DNA of 62,984 nt, counting the filler, from Stramenopiles sp. TOSAG23-3 (lineage: Eukaryota), in NCBI GenBank assembly GCA_900128585.1. It is 10 parts of 10 records of this genome, joined end to end, with 100 filler letters (N's around TTAATTAATTAA, not from the genome) between each part and the next. Parts side by side here need not be neighbours in the genome. Positions count along the whole stretch, not along the records: positions 10,843 to 21,565 come from LT642792.1; positions 21,666 to 32,377 come from LT642794.1; 8 more parts are not named here. One strand, 5' to 3'. Of the stretch, positions 17,955-28,985 are shown one piece after another. The notes under the pieces were generated by a model. It searched no databases, was not told the DNA's origin, and saw nothing but the letters and a program-made list of their open reading frames with translations. Numbering within the stretch: position 1 is the first letter of the stretch; every line of letters starts with the position of its first letter. The position numbers and the translations under genes are program-made.

Positions 17955-20900
17955 TTACATTTGTTCTGCCAGCAAAACGTTCATTTCATCAAGACTCTTC
18001 TTTGCGTCGCCAAGCCACATATCAGTATTGTCTTTGTAGAACACTGGGTTATCAACACCAGCATATCCAGATGCCATACTTCGCTTCATGAAGAGCACCT
18101 GTTCGGCATTCCATACTTGAATAACGGGCATACCACCAATGGCACAATTGGGATCATCCTCGGCCAAGCAATTAACGGTATCGTTGGCACCAACGACAAG
18201 GGCGACTTGGGTATCCGCCATTTCTTCGTTAACCTCTTCCATTTCATACACAATATCGTATGGAACACCGGCTTCGGCAAGAAGAACATTCAATTGCCCG
18301 GGCATACGGCCAGCAACTGGGTGAACACCAAAGGTGACATCTTTCCCCATCTTCTTCAATTTGGTGGCAATCTCTGCTACCGCATTCTGGGCTTGCGCGA
18401 CCGCCAACCCGTACCCTGGAGTGATCATAACTTTCTGAGCATCAAGCATGGCTTGGGTCGCCTGGGCACTGTCGACTTCGGTGTGGACGAGGCCTTCCGC
18501 GGTTTGGACCGCTCCAGCTTCGGTACCGAATCCACCCATGATGACACCGGTCAAATCACGGTTCATACCATCACACATGATCTTGGTCAAGAAAGCACCG
18601 GAGGAACCAATCAAAGCACCAACAATGGTCAAGACTGGTTGGTCAAGAATGAAACCTTCTGCGCAAAGAGCCCAGCCAGAGTATGAGTTCAACAAAGTGA
18701 CGACAACGGGCATATCTGCACCACCAATACTGGCGGTCATGTGAAAGCCCAAGGCACCACTACTCAATACACCGTACCCAAGGGCGGTGCCAGCAACCGT
18801 AGGAGACGACGAGCCCATGAACGCGAGCATCGAAAGAGCAGTGGTACTGCCCAAGCCCATGTTGATGTAATCTCTGCCCGCCAACTGAAGCGGTTTCGTG
18901 TCCATAACCTCTGCAAGTTTCCCGCATGCAATGACTGAACCGGTGAATGTGATACTCCCCATCCAGGCGCCCAAATAAATGGCAGCACTGTGGAAGCCAT
19001 CCATGTGGCTCATGTCATGCACGAGGAAGTCTCCCACGGCAGTGCTAGCCGCAGCAATACCTACTAGGCAATGGAACCCAGCAACGGCTTGCGGCAAAGA
19101 CGTTGGCTCAATGCGAGCAGCGAGTTGATGCCCGACTGCCCCCCCAAGAAGCGAAAAGAGGCCAAGTTGGGCCCACACAGCCTTCGATTCAGGGGCCATG
19201 GTGCCCATGGCCGCCAAAATACCGAGACCAACACCCCCCATACCAACGGAGACGCCGGCACGTGCGGTTTTTTGGTCGCTGAGGCATGCGATTCCCCCAA
19301 TGCAGCCTAGACCAGAAATCAGCGCAACAGTGGGAGTCAAACTCGCTGATGCGGCGCCGGTTGCACTGGCTAGTACGTAGCCTCCACCAATGACGCCAAA
19401 CGGAGCCATGTAGTAGTGCCAGTACTCAGGTGGATCGTCTGGGCGACGAAACAAGTCGAGCATTTTCTGAGTGACCATAAAACCACCGGTCAAGTTCACT
19501 GCGGACAGAGTGACTGCGGTAGTAGCCAAGACCTGGGCACTGTTGTGTGGCATAACACCACCGCCAAGCTGCAGCATACCCCCAATCATTGTCATCCCAC
19601 TGATGGCATTGGTGACACTCATCAAGGGAGAGTGCAAAGCGTGCGTTACGCCTTGGACCGCACCACTCCCAACCCAAACGGACAAGGCCAGGGTCGAAAG
19701 CATCGGTGCGTTTGGCACTCCAGCGCCCATAAGGGTAGCGGCACTACCAAGCACAGTCATATTTTTGGCGCTTGACATCATTTCCTTTTGTGGGTCGACT
19801 TCTTCCACAACAACTTCCACAGCGGCGGCAGTCTCGGTGACTTCGGGTGGTGGTGGAACGTATTCGTCCAGCTTCTTGCCCTTGTGGACAACGCACATGC
19901 TGCGGACCGCCTCGTCATTCTCCAAATCAACGACGTACTCGCCTTCTCTCTCCATGCTCAGCAGGAACTTTGTGACGTTGTTACCGAACAAAGTACTCGA
20001 CGTGGTTGACATGCGACTGGGCATGTTCGTGTATCCAACTGCAGTGACACCGTTGACGTCGACGATTTTGTCCTTCTCTGTAATATCGCAGTTTCCACCG
20101 TTCTCGGCAGCGAGATCGATGATAACACTCCCTGGGGCCATTGCGTCGGTGTGGTGCTTCTTGATCAGCACCGGTGCTGGCCGCCCTGGGATCAGCGCGG
20201 TCGTAATGATAACGTTGGTCCTTTCCATTTCTTTCAAAAGCATTTTGTCTGCGGCGTCGAACCACTCTTTCGACATTTCCTTCGCATACCCTCCGGCGCC
20301 AGAGCCGTCTTCTTCGAACTCAACCTTTAAAAATTGAGCGCCCATACTTTCGACTTGCTCTGCCGCAGCGGCACGCACGTCGAAGGCTGTCACAATTGCA
20401 CCCAAGTTCTTTGCGGATTGGATCGCGGCTAGACCGGCAACACCAGCGCCTACAACCATCACGCGGGTGGGTGGAATTTTTCCGGCGGCAGTCATTTGAC
20501 CGGCGAAGGGGCGCTGCATGAAATGCCCGGCCTCGATGACAGCACGATACCCTGCCATGTTGGCCTGAGAACTGATAACGTCAAAAGTTTGCCCACGGCT
20601 CAGCGTGCGCAGAAGCATGGTCAGGTCGAAGCAAGTGGCGCCCTGTTGGGCGAGCTGATCTCGCAGCTCAGGATTGATGCGAGTGCCCAAACTGTTGATC
20701 AACGTGCGGTTCTCCAACTTTTTCAACATGTCCGGGGTTGGCTCTCTCAACTTAAGCACCATGTCTTGTTTCCAGACCTCGTCGCCAGATACAATGGAGG
20801 CGCCTGCGTTTTCGTACAGCGCATCGGAAAATCCACTCTTGCTTCCTGCTCCTTTCTCCACCGAAACGACAGCGCCTTTCTTAATCAGCTGCTCTACGTT

Positions 20901-21056
20901 CGTCGGAGTTATTACAACGCGAGCTTCCCCCTGGTCGACTTCCTTGCAAACACCCACCCGCAAGTTGTTCAAATTCCTTGATTGTTGCAAGTGTTGACCC
21001 TGCCGTCTGAGAAGTGCCTTCGGGAGCGCGTTGGTCTTGGAAAAACTGCGCAACAT
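17955..21056 (-). CDS. NNT: Mitochondrial NAD(P) transhydrogenase, alpha-beta fused
   Basis: Presequence, GAGVAG, SVTNAISG, LLNSYSGWA, HPVAGRMPG, GANDTVN, KRSMASGYAG. Confidence 0.97.
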   Translation of the reverse strand: MLRSFSKTNALPKALLRRQGQHLQQSRNLNNLRVGVCKEVDQGEARVVITPTNVEQLIKKGAVVSVEKGAGSKSGFSDALYENAGASIVSGDEVWKQDMVLKLREPTPDMLKKLENRTLINSLGTRINPELRDQLAQQGATCFDLTMLLRTLSRGQTFDVISSQANMAGYRAVIEAGHFMQRPFAGQMTAAGKIPPTRVMVVGAGVAGLAAIQSAKNLGAIVTAFDVRAAAAEQVESMGAQFLKVEFEEDGSGAGGYAKEMSKEWFDAADKMLLKEMERTNVIITTALIPGRPAPVLIKKHHTDAMAPGSVIIDLAAENGGNCDITEKDKIVDVNGVTAVGYTNMPSRMSTTSSTLFGNNVTKFLLSMEREGEYVVDLENDEAVRSMCVVHKGKKLDEYVPPPPEVTETAAAVEVVVEEVDPQKEMMSSAKNMTVLGSAATLMGAGVPNAPMLSTLALSVWVGSGAVQGVTHALHSPLMSVTNAISGMTMIGGMLQLGGGVMPHNSAQVLATTAVTLSAVNLTGGFMVTQKMLDLFRRPDDPPEYWHYYMAPFGVIGGGYVLASATGAASASLTPTVALISGLGCIGGIACLSDQKTARAGVSVGMGGVGLGILAAMGTMAPESKAVWAQLGLFSLLGGAVGHQLAARIEPTSLPQAVAGFHCLVGIAAASTAVGDFLVHDMSHMDGFHSAAIYLGAWMGSITFTGSVIACGKLAEVMDTKPLQLAGRDYINMGLGSTTALSMLAFMGSSSPTVAGTALGYGVLSSGALGFHMTASIGGADMPVVVTLLNSYSGWALCAEGFILDQPVLTIVGALIGSSGAFLTKIMCDGMNRDLTGVIMGGFGTEAGAVQTAEGLVHTEVDSAQATQAMLDAQKVMITPGYGLAVAQAQNAVAEIATKLKKMGKDVTFGVHPVAGRMPGQLNVLLAEAGVPYDIVYEMEEVNEEMADTQVALVVGANDTVNCLAEDDPNCAIGGMPVIQVWNAEQVLFMKRSMASGYAGVDNPVFYKDNTDMWLGDAKKSLDEMNVLLAEQM

Positions 21057-21980
21057 TTTTGTTCCTCTTTCTTTTGTTGTTTAAAGTTAAAAACTACGTA
21101 CGTAACACTAACTTTTTCAATTGTGTAGAGTTTTCTGGTGTTGTTATTCGCACACAAGAGACTATCAATTGAATTTACCGTTACCTACGTACGGAACGAA
21201 AGGCATTGCTAATGAACTAAAAGATCCCAAGATCGCCTTCCTTTCATTCTTCACTCCTTGTTACCTCCCCCAACAACAAACAACCGGCGGACGAATATCT
21301 TAAAAAACATGAAGCTTCTCCTATTCTCTTAACTAATTTCCCCACTGTGTTCTGCTTATTTGAGAAAATAAAAGATCCAAAAAAAGCAGCCAACTAATAA
21401 AATACTCAAACAAAAACAAAATTATGTTGTTCATTTGGAGAATATTAAAATTATATACAATTTGTTATACTGTACTTTATATATAATTCTTTTTTATATT
21501 ACTATATTATGTATAAAACAGAATTAATTTGGATAATTGGTTTTGAATAAGATTGTATCATTTTTNNNNNNNNNNNNNNNNNNNNNNNNNNNNNNNNNNN
21601 NNNNNNNNNTTAATTAATTAANNNNNNNNNNNNNNNNNNNNNNNNNNNNNNNNNNNNNNNNNNNNATTTACCTGCTATGTGCCTATATTCATCATCACAT
21701 CGAATCAATAATAAAAATAACAACCGAACCTCCTCCTCCTTCTTTCTTCTTCCTCTCTTCTTAATTTATTATTATTATTATTTGGAAATAAATAATCACA
21801 TCTATTCCAAATAACAAATTAGAATATCATCATGGAAACAATCAAACAAATGTAAGGAAGGAAGCAGTTCCAATTCTTCAATTCCATTGTTTGTGATCAG
21901 ATTAGATCAGACGAAGAAAAGATTATATTTTAGACTGTGATACATACAGATACGTACGTACGTGCATACCACTTTGAAAG

Positions 21981-22343
21981 ATGGCATTTCGTAGGTTGTT
22001 AACGCAACAGGTCAGGTCCCAAGCAGCTCGCTTCTCCGCGCGCCCGGCCGCCAGGGCAGCGGCCCCTGCGCGGTTCAACCCTATGTTCGCCCAACGTCAG
22101 TTTTCCGTAGCGAAAAAGGACGGTGCAATGGCACCATTGTACGACCTTATCATGAAAAATAACGCAACATATGTTTTCTCCATCGTTGTCTTTGCCGCAG
22201 CTGCCGGAGTCATTTTTAACGAAGGCGTCGACGCCATATGGGAAACGTCCAACAGGGGAAAGTTGTACCACCACGTCAACTGGGACCAGTTTGCGGAGGA
22301 AGAAGAAGAGGATGACGACGATGACGACGATGATGATTGGTAA
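21981..22343 (+). CDS. QCR9: Cytochrome bc1 complex subunit 9 (QCR9/UQCR10) with N-terminal extension
   Basis: LYD..MKNNATYV TM ..D.IW..SNRGKLY. Confidence 0.85.
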   Translation: MAFRRLLTQQVRSQAARFSARPAARAAAPARFNPMFAQRQFSVAKKDGAMAPLYDLIMKNNATYVFSIVVFAAAAGVIFNEGVDAIWETSNRGKLYHHVNWDQFAEEEEEDDDDDDDDDW

Positions 22344-22982
22344 GCTAGCATGAAGATGGACCTTGCTCCACGATCAGTTGTCGTTTTGAATGAGTTTGCG
22401 GGACGGACGGACGGATATTATTTCCAAGAACATGGCCAATCCAATTGTAGTGGTACTCATGGGAACATTTCTGTAGTATACTTTTAGTACAAATATTAAA
22501 TACATATACCTATCTAAAAAATGAAGAATTTGTAGTTGATAATGATATTATATTTGGTATTTTATAAATGTATACTTATACATACGATGATCAAAGCAAA
22601 GTGTAGTTGTTAGTATACTGATTATTCATAATAGGACTACGTTATTAAAATATGTGCCGCTGGGGGATTGGGTAGAGGTAGAGGTAGGGTACATGTATTT
22701 ATAAGTATAAGGAGGAAGGAGGGGAGGCAAATAACAAATAACAAAACAACATTTGAATTCATTCTTCGTTCCTTATTATTACGATTACAATGACCAACGA
22801 GACGAATAAAATAAATAACCCATTCGGTATTTGTTGGGTGCGTTGGAGAAAGGTTCTTCTCCTTTACGTTCTCGTTCTCTTCTTCTTACGAAATTTGTGT
22901 CTTATGAGGGGAGGGAGGGAGGGAGGTCTTCTGCTTTCTTCCCTGTTGTTTTTTTATTCACCGCCGTCCCCACTATCATCCC

Positions 22983-23600
22983 TTACGTTCTCCGGCGTTT
23001 TCTGGCACCGCTGCCGTTTGCAACCCCGGGTCCAGAACTACCACTCGCAGCCCCACTGCTTCTGCTGTTGTTGCCCCTACCACCACCACCATGTCGTCCC
23101 CTGACTCCTGCCACTGGCGCGGTCGCAGGGGGTGCCACGGCCCCGCCCAACCGTTTGAGGTTCCCCGCGGTCAACAGCATGATCCCGCGCCGAACGAGGA
23201 CATTCTGCACGGCAAACTTGGTCCCGTGCGCAATGTCGGAAAGCTTCAGGTTTCGCAATGGTTCGAATTCGACCCCGACCACGTCTTGGGCGCCATCCGT
23301 GAAACAAAACATAAGGCTGCGCTTTCCTCGTGCTAGGTCGCCCTTCTCTCGCTCTTCCTTGGAGGCCCCGACGTTCTTGACGCTCGTCACTTGCAACACG
23401 TACAGGCCTTTCAGGGTCTCCAAGTGCCTGGATGCCATCCCCGACGGCAGGCAAGGCAACGCACTATCTTTCATATCGCTCTTCAAAAATTCATTATACA
23501 CAGTTTGTACATTATTCCCTCCCCCACTTTGCAACCGCGCAACCCTCTCTCCGAATGTTGGCGACGTTCGTATCCCGTAGGCCGACAACAACGCCGACAT
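22983..23600 (-). CDS. RMI1/TDRD3-type N-terminal OB-fold protein
   Basis: YVLQV..V.NVG, R.L...TDG...V.G.EF.P, GTK..V.NV.VRRG..LL..N...LGG. Confidence 0.8.
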   Translation of the reverse strand: MSALLSAYGIRTSPTFGERVARLQSGGGNNVQTVYNEFLKSDMKDSALPCLPSGMASRHLETLKGLYVLQVTSVKNVGASKEEREKGDLARGKRSLMFCFTDGAQDVVGVEFEPLRNLKLSDIAHGTKFAVQNVLVRRGIMLLTAGNLKRLGGAVAPPATAPVAGVRGRHGGGGRGNNSRSSGAASGSSGPGVANGSGARKRRRT

Positions 23601-24206
23601 CAGCCAAACACCTACTGACCCAATGTCAACGGCTCGGCTCCCCTCTCCCGCACCGACAGACGCACAGGGCTCTAAATGTGCGCTTCGCCAAAGAAAAAAC
23701 CTTCCCTTCGCCAACTTTACAAATGGGTGTCGAGTGAACGGTATGTTTAGAATGCTATTGCAAAGCCAAGGATCAAAAATAGGGAGTAAAAAAGAAGTCC
23801 TTTCTAGAATAATAATAAGATTCAACAATCGATTTTGAAAATAATATAGTAGAAAAGAAGAAGAAGAAGAAAAGAAGAAGAAACAATGATGATGATGAAT
23901 AATAATGAGATGAAGAAATTTTATTATATATTTTAGTACTGTAAGTCCTTAGTAGCAGAGAAGAAAAAAAAGGGAAGAAGAAGAGATAATGAGTAAGACT
24001 AGAAGAAAAAAAGGAAACAATAAGTACGTATATTATGTAGTGTAGTATCGCCATTATACCTATACCGCTTAAATTGTAACGATTTGAGTCGAAAGAGAAG
24101 AAGAAGAAGGAAGGGGAGGAGGAAAGGGGAGAGGGGCGGCTTCTTTAAAATATAAAAGCAACATGTACATAATCATTATTATCATTTTCCTCGCGTTTCC
24201 TCATTC

Positions 24207-25196
24207 CTACCTTTTTTTCTTGCGCCCCCGCTTTTTGTTCATGTTCTTCATCTTTGCCCGTTGTGCCAGCTTGCGATTGACCTGCTGGCGGTCGCGAAAC
24301 CCCCGGTAGACGCGCTGAATGTTGGTCGCCTGGTCGTTCCTGTACTTCTCCAAAAGCAGCGTTCGCTCGAGGTCTCGTTGGACAAACTTTTCGTCGACCA
24401 CCCTCTTGGCCTGCCTTCGCCGGGCGGCTGCTTGAAGCCTCGTGGCCGCCTTGCGTCGCCGTCGGTTGATCTTTTCCATGATCGGACCTTTGCAGGCCCG
24501 CATGTTCTTCCACATTGCCTGCATCCTTGCCGCCGCCACGTGCTGGGCCTTTTGGCGCAGGAACATCGTTCGGGTCCGTGCCACGCGGCTGCGGGCCATG
24601 CACTGGATCAGTGTGGCGGAATTCTGCCGTCGCATATACCTCTGGTGCCGCTTCTCCCGCTCCATTGCTCGTCGCTCCTTCTTCTCCTCAATCGCAACTC
24701 TCTGCCGGAGCTCGAATGCCTCCTTCTCTATAGCGCGCTTCTTAACGTACTCCCGGTGGTACTTTCGCCGAAGTTTCTGAACATTTGGGGAGTTCAAACT
24801 AGTGTCGCTGTACATTCCCGAGTTTTTGAATGAACTTGTGAAGGCGCTGCATTTCATTTCCCGTGCGTTTGGTGTTAGCAGCATGCCGGAGGCTGTCCCG
24901 TAAAAGTGCCCAAGCTGCTGCGTGGTGGTCTTGTACAGCTTTGCTGCCCCGCTGTCTTTCCTCCAGCTGTTATCTGGCAAGTTCTTCGGGGGGTTCGTCC
25001 AACTGTACGATTTCTTCAGTCCTGGGCTCGAGAACATGGCGCCGCTACTAATCCGTTTTTGCCCCGGGCTCGACACGGACGCGTTTGAACCTATGCGGGG
25101 CAAGTATGTCGCGGAGCCCGATGCCCCGTACGTGTTGAACACGGACGAGGTCGTGTTCAATAACTTGAGAAGGCGCAGAGACTCTTGGCTTGACAT
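24207..25196 (-). CDS. IQ-motif coiled-coil protein
   Basis: Four IQ-like repeats (ATLIQCMAR, AARMQAMWK, ATRLQAAARR, ATNIQRVYRG). Confidence 0.75.
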   Translation of the reverse strand: MSSQESLRLLKLLNTTSSVFNTYGASGSATYLPRIGSNASVSSPGQKRISSGAMFSSPGLKKSYSWTNPPKNLPDNSWRKDSGAAKLYKTTTQQLGHFYGTASGMLLTPNAREMKCSAFTSSFKNSGMYSDTSLNSPNVQKLRRKYHREYVKKRAIEKEAFELRQRVAIEEKKERRAMEREKRHQRYMRRQNSATLIQCMARSRVARTRTMFLRQKAQHVAAARMQAMWKNMRACKGPIMEKINRRRRKAATRLQAAARRRQAKRVVDEKFVQRDLERTLLLEKYRNDQATNIQRVYRGFRDRQQVNRKLAQRAKMKNMNKKRGRKKKR

Positions 25197-26046
25197 GATG
25201 GTCGGGAGGAGGAGAGGCGGGCAACAGCGTGGTGTTCTGCTAGACGGTTGCAAGAACGAAACGTGTTGAGTCGAATTTATGCTGTGTGGACTTCGATTGT
25301 TGCTGGCAGTGAACAAGTGAAAATCAAACCATCTTGGTCGGGGAACAAAATGGTGACTGAAAGTGTTCCATACGTATACGTGTACATACGTTTGCTAGTG
25401 TAAAAAAGATAAAAGTTCAATGAAGAAGAAGAAGTGTTGTTGTTGTTGATGTTAGTTCATCGTGTGTTCCTGTTGTTGTTTATAATGATGCATTTTTTTT
25501 TTGTCAAGTTGGTTCAATCTAGCGAGCAGTCCGGAATGAACTTCATATATTAAGGGTATCTGTTTTAACATAAATAATATATGAATATTATACTATACAA
25601 TTGTTTCTATCAATAATTATTTTATATATAAGATACCTTAATTATCAAAGAGATTTTTCCGTTTTTTATTTTAGATTGAATCCCATCCTGTGTCCCTTAG
25701 AAATGTCCTCCTCCTTCCGCCTCCCTCCTCGCGCAATTATTAAAACACCAAAACAAATCCCCTATCACAATTTACTTGTATAAGTATATTATTTTCGTAT
25801 AAAAATGGGATCGGGTCGTCCAAAGTCCCAACAAGAATTTACAATTCGTATTTCAGAACATATCATGATAATAATTTTTAGTTACTCCTCCGTATTTAAA
25901 AAAATTACCTAAAAAAGAACAAGTTGAAAGAATAATATAAAAATGGTGTGTGCTGCGTTTTATCTGTTTCGTTGATAAACTTGTGTGCAAGAATGGTGCA
26001 ATCGACGGGCGGTGGGTACGGAACCGGGATTGGAAACGCGGACGGT

Positions 26047-27540
26047 TTAGTAGTCCTCCCCTGCGGCCGAGATCTTAATGTTCTGAATGGTGCCTTCCTC
26101 GTCGTCGGAGCTTTCCTCGTCCTCGTCCGGCTCGTTCCCGTTGACCAATTCGACGCTTTCCCCGCTGGTCAGCAAGTCCAGCTGGCGCTCGAACTGGTTC
26201 AGTGGGGACCCCCCACGGCTGTACTGTTCGCGCCACAAGATGGTCCCGCTTGGGTCCACAATGTAGGCCATGCCGACGGGCAGGGCCATGATCATACTAG
26301 TTTTCTGCAACTCCGAACCGACAGCGGTGTCCGGGTCGAAGGCCAGCGGGAAGTTGGCGCCAAGGGTGATCCCGCGCTCGCCGAGCTCGCGCATGAACGA
26401 ACCCAGGCGGCTGACGAACTTGTCCACGTCCCCCTCCTTGCGGTCGCGGGAGACGCCGATGAACTGGACGCCCTTGGGACCGTACGTTCGCTGCAAGTGG
26501 CTCCAGGTGTTGAGCGTGGTGTAGTCCCCCTTCGCGAACTTTCCCCAGAACCCGAGGACGGTGAACTTCGCATCCGAGTACTTGTGCGGCCCGTCCTTCT
26601 TGTACACGAGCCCGTCGATGGCGGGGGCCTTCTTCCCGAGGGCCGCGTCATCGTCGTAGATCATGTACTTGGACTTGTCGAGGCGCTGGGCCAAAGCACT
26701 GGAGGATTTGGCGATCTTCTCGTCGTCGGCGGCGCGCTTGGCCTCCTTCTCCTCGTCGCTCATGCCGACCTTCCCAGCGGACGCGGCGGCGGCGGGGGCG
26801 GCGGGGGCGGCGGGGGCGGCGCTGGCGTCCCCGGACTTGCTCTCCTCGGCCCCCCCTCGGTTCCGGGCCATCGGGTTGACATTGGACTGCAAGCCGCTGC
26901 CGTCCACGGCGGCGTCGAAGCCTGCCTTGTCGGTCCACGGGTTGCTACCGTACGCCTCTACGACGTCGGACAGCTGCTCCTTGGTGAGCACGCCGACCGC
27001 GAGGGCGTCGCAGCCGCAGGCCACGATGGCCTCGACGAGGATCGTCGTGGTGACCACGTCGCTCTCGGAGGCGACAAAAACGGTCCCCGTGGACGACGGG
27101 CCGATGCTCTCCTTGGTCATGAAACCGTCTACGTTCGCGAACCCGTCCCCGACGGAACACGACGCACGGAAGGACTTGTCGAAAGAGGATCCCTTGATGG
27201 CCCCTCCCTCGGCGTCGAACCCTTCGGTAAGGCCGATGGTGGTCGCTACCCAGACGCCCACGGGCTTCGCGGACTGGCGGGCCTTGAGCGCGAGGAGGAC
27301 GCCCTCGTAGAAGAGCGGGTTCGCCAAATCCTTCTTGGAGAGGTACTTGTGCTTGCAGCGCTTCTCCAACACCCCGGCAAACGCCCCGACGGCGCTGTTT
27401 GGATCCTGCGACGCCACGGCGGTGGCCGCGGAGTCGTCCCTCCCGTCGGCCCGCCCCCACGCAAAGGATCCTCCCCCCGCGCGCTTGTCACTATCGTTCC
27501 GTCCGGTCCCGGACGCTCTGTCTTTTTCACGCTTCGGCAT
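26047..27540 (-). CDS. Protein with C-terminal AhpC/TlpA-like thioredoxin fold lacking CxxC
   Basis: GKKAP.I, VLGFWGKFAKGD, GVQFIGVSRD, FPLAFD, LP..AYIVD..G.I.W. Confidence 0.7.
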   Translation of the reverse strand: MPKREKDRASGTGRNDSDKRAGGGSFAWGRADGRDDSAATAVASQDPNSAVGAFAGVLEKRCKHKYLSKKDLANPLFYEGVLLALKARQSAKPVGVWVATTIGLTEGFDAEGGAIKGSSFDKSFRASCSVGDGFANVDGFMTKESIGPSSTGTVFVASESDVVTTTILVEAIVACGCDALAVGVLTKEQLSDVVEAYGSNPWTDKAGFDAAVDGSGLQSNVNPMARNRGGAEESKSGDASAAPAAPAAPAAAASAGKVGMSDEEKEAKRAADDEKIAKSSSALAQRLDKSKYMIYDDDAALGKKAPAIDGLVYKKDGPHKYSDAKFTVLGFWGKFAKGDYTTLNTWSHLQRTYGPKGVQFIGVSRDRKEGDVDKFVSRLGSFMRELGERGITLGANFPLAFDPDTAVGSELQKTSMIMALPVGMAYIVDPSGTILWREQYSRGGSPLNQFERQLDLLTSGESVELVNGNEPDEDEESSDDEEGTIQNIKISAAGEDY

Positions 27541-27789
27541 AATAATTATTAAAACACTGGTGTTGCTGGTGCTGCTAAGTTAATATTCTATACGTAGATG
27601 TATGTATATGTTTATATAATTGTGTGTTTGTTTCCTTTTATATTTCACACTTGTTTCTATTCTACTTGATTGTTTTGCTTTTGCTCTTCTTCTTTTGCTT
27701 GCGTGGGTCGGTCGATCGGTCGGTCGGTAGATGGTATTAATTGTATATTATTATCATCATCTTCTTCTTCAATTTGGATTTTTCAGAAG

Positions 27790-27993
27790 TCAGAAGAAGA
27801 AAGAAGAATGAAGAGAAGAAAGAAAGAAGAAGAAGAATGAAGAAGAAGAAAGAAGAACGAAGAAAGAAGAAGAATGAAGAGAAGAAGAAGAAAGAAGAAG
27901 AATGAAGAGAAGAAGAAGAAAGAAGAAGAATGAAGAAGAATGAAGAGAAGAAGAAAGAAGAAGAAGAAAGAAGAAGAATGAAGAAGAATGAAA
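27790..27993. repeat. Compound GAA/GAAA/GAAT microsatellite (similar tracts at 28190-28400, 36712-36845, 54778-54940)
   Basis: Read directly. Confidence 0.95.
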
Positions 27994-28210
27994 GTATCTT
28001 TTTTTATTTTATATTTTTTATCTATTATTTAAATAGAACATTTATTCATAGTTAATTCTACTTTAGTATACAATTATTTCCTTCCTTTCTTTCCATCCAT
28101 CCAATTAAACTATATGATAGACTATGATATAAGAAAAGGAATATATATAATGATGGCTATATAATAGTAAGAATTAAATTAATAAATATATCTTTCTTTC
28201 TTTCTAGTTC

Positions 28211-28253
<43 letters not shown>

Positions 28254-28985
28254 CATTCTTTCTCATTCTTTCTCATTCTTTCTCTTCTTTCTTCTCTTCT
28301 TTCTTTTCTTTCTCTTCTTTCTTCTCTTTCTTTTCTTTCTTTCTTTTCTTTCTCTTCTTTCTTTCTCTTCTCATTCTCCTTCTCCTTCTCTTTCGTCTCT
28401 TTCTGATTGATACTTTTATTATATTTTATAAATGTACGACTGGATGATGATGGATTCTTCATTTTCTTTTTTTCTTTCTTTCTTTATTGATTGTGAATGA
28501 ATTATGATGGTTGGATTGAAATAATAAATATTATACCTATATATTAACTACGGTACTTCATATTCGTAGACTATATATTAATATAGTAGTAATAAGTATA
28601 ATAATAATACAATTTAGAAGAAAAGAAAGAAAGAAGAAGAAGAAGAAGAAGAAAACGAAAAAAAATAAGAAGAAGAAGGAAAAGAAGAAGAAAGAAAATA
28701 ATAATACTACCTCTATATACTAATACTATTATATAAAATACTACACAACAACATCAACAACAACAAAAAACAATAATAATAATAATAAAAATAATAGATT
28801 TATATATTATAAATTCATAGATACTACACGTAAAGTATGTAATCACATTTTAATGCAAATCATATCCCAAACAAATATTATTTTAGATAAGAACACCGCA
28901 CGCATGTACATACACACATACATAAATACATACCCATACACTTTTACGATTCCCCCCCTTGTGTTTCACCCACCAACGCACCATC

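Noticed and set aside
25948-27552. 534-aa plus-strand ORF and other long antisense ORFs over NNT, RBBP4, CUL4 and the PLP enzyme
   Set aside because: Shadow frames of GC3-rich genes on the opposite strand
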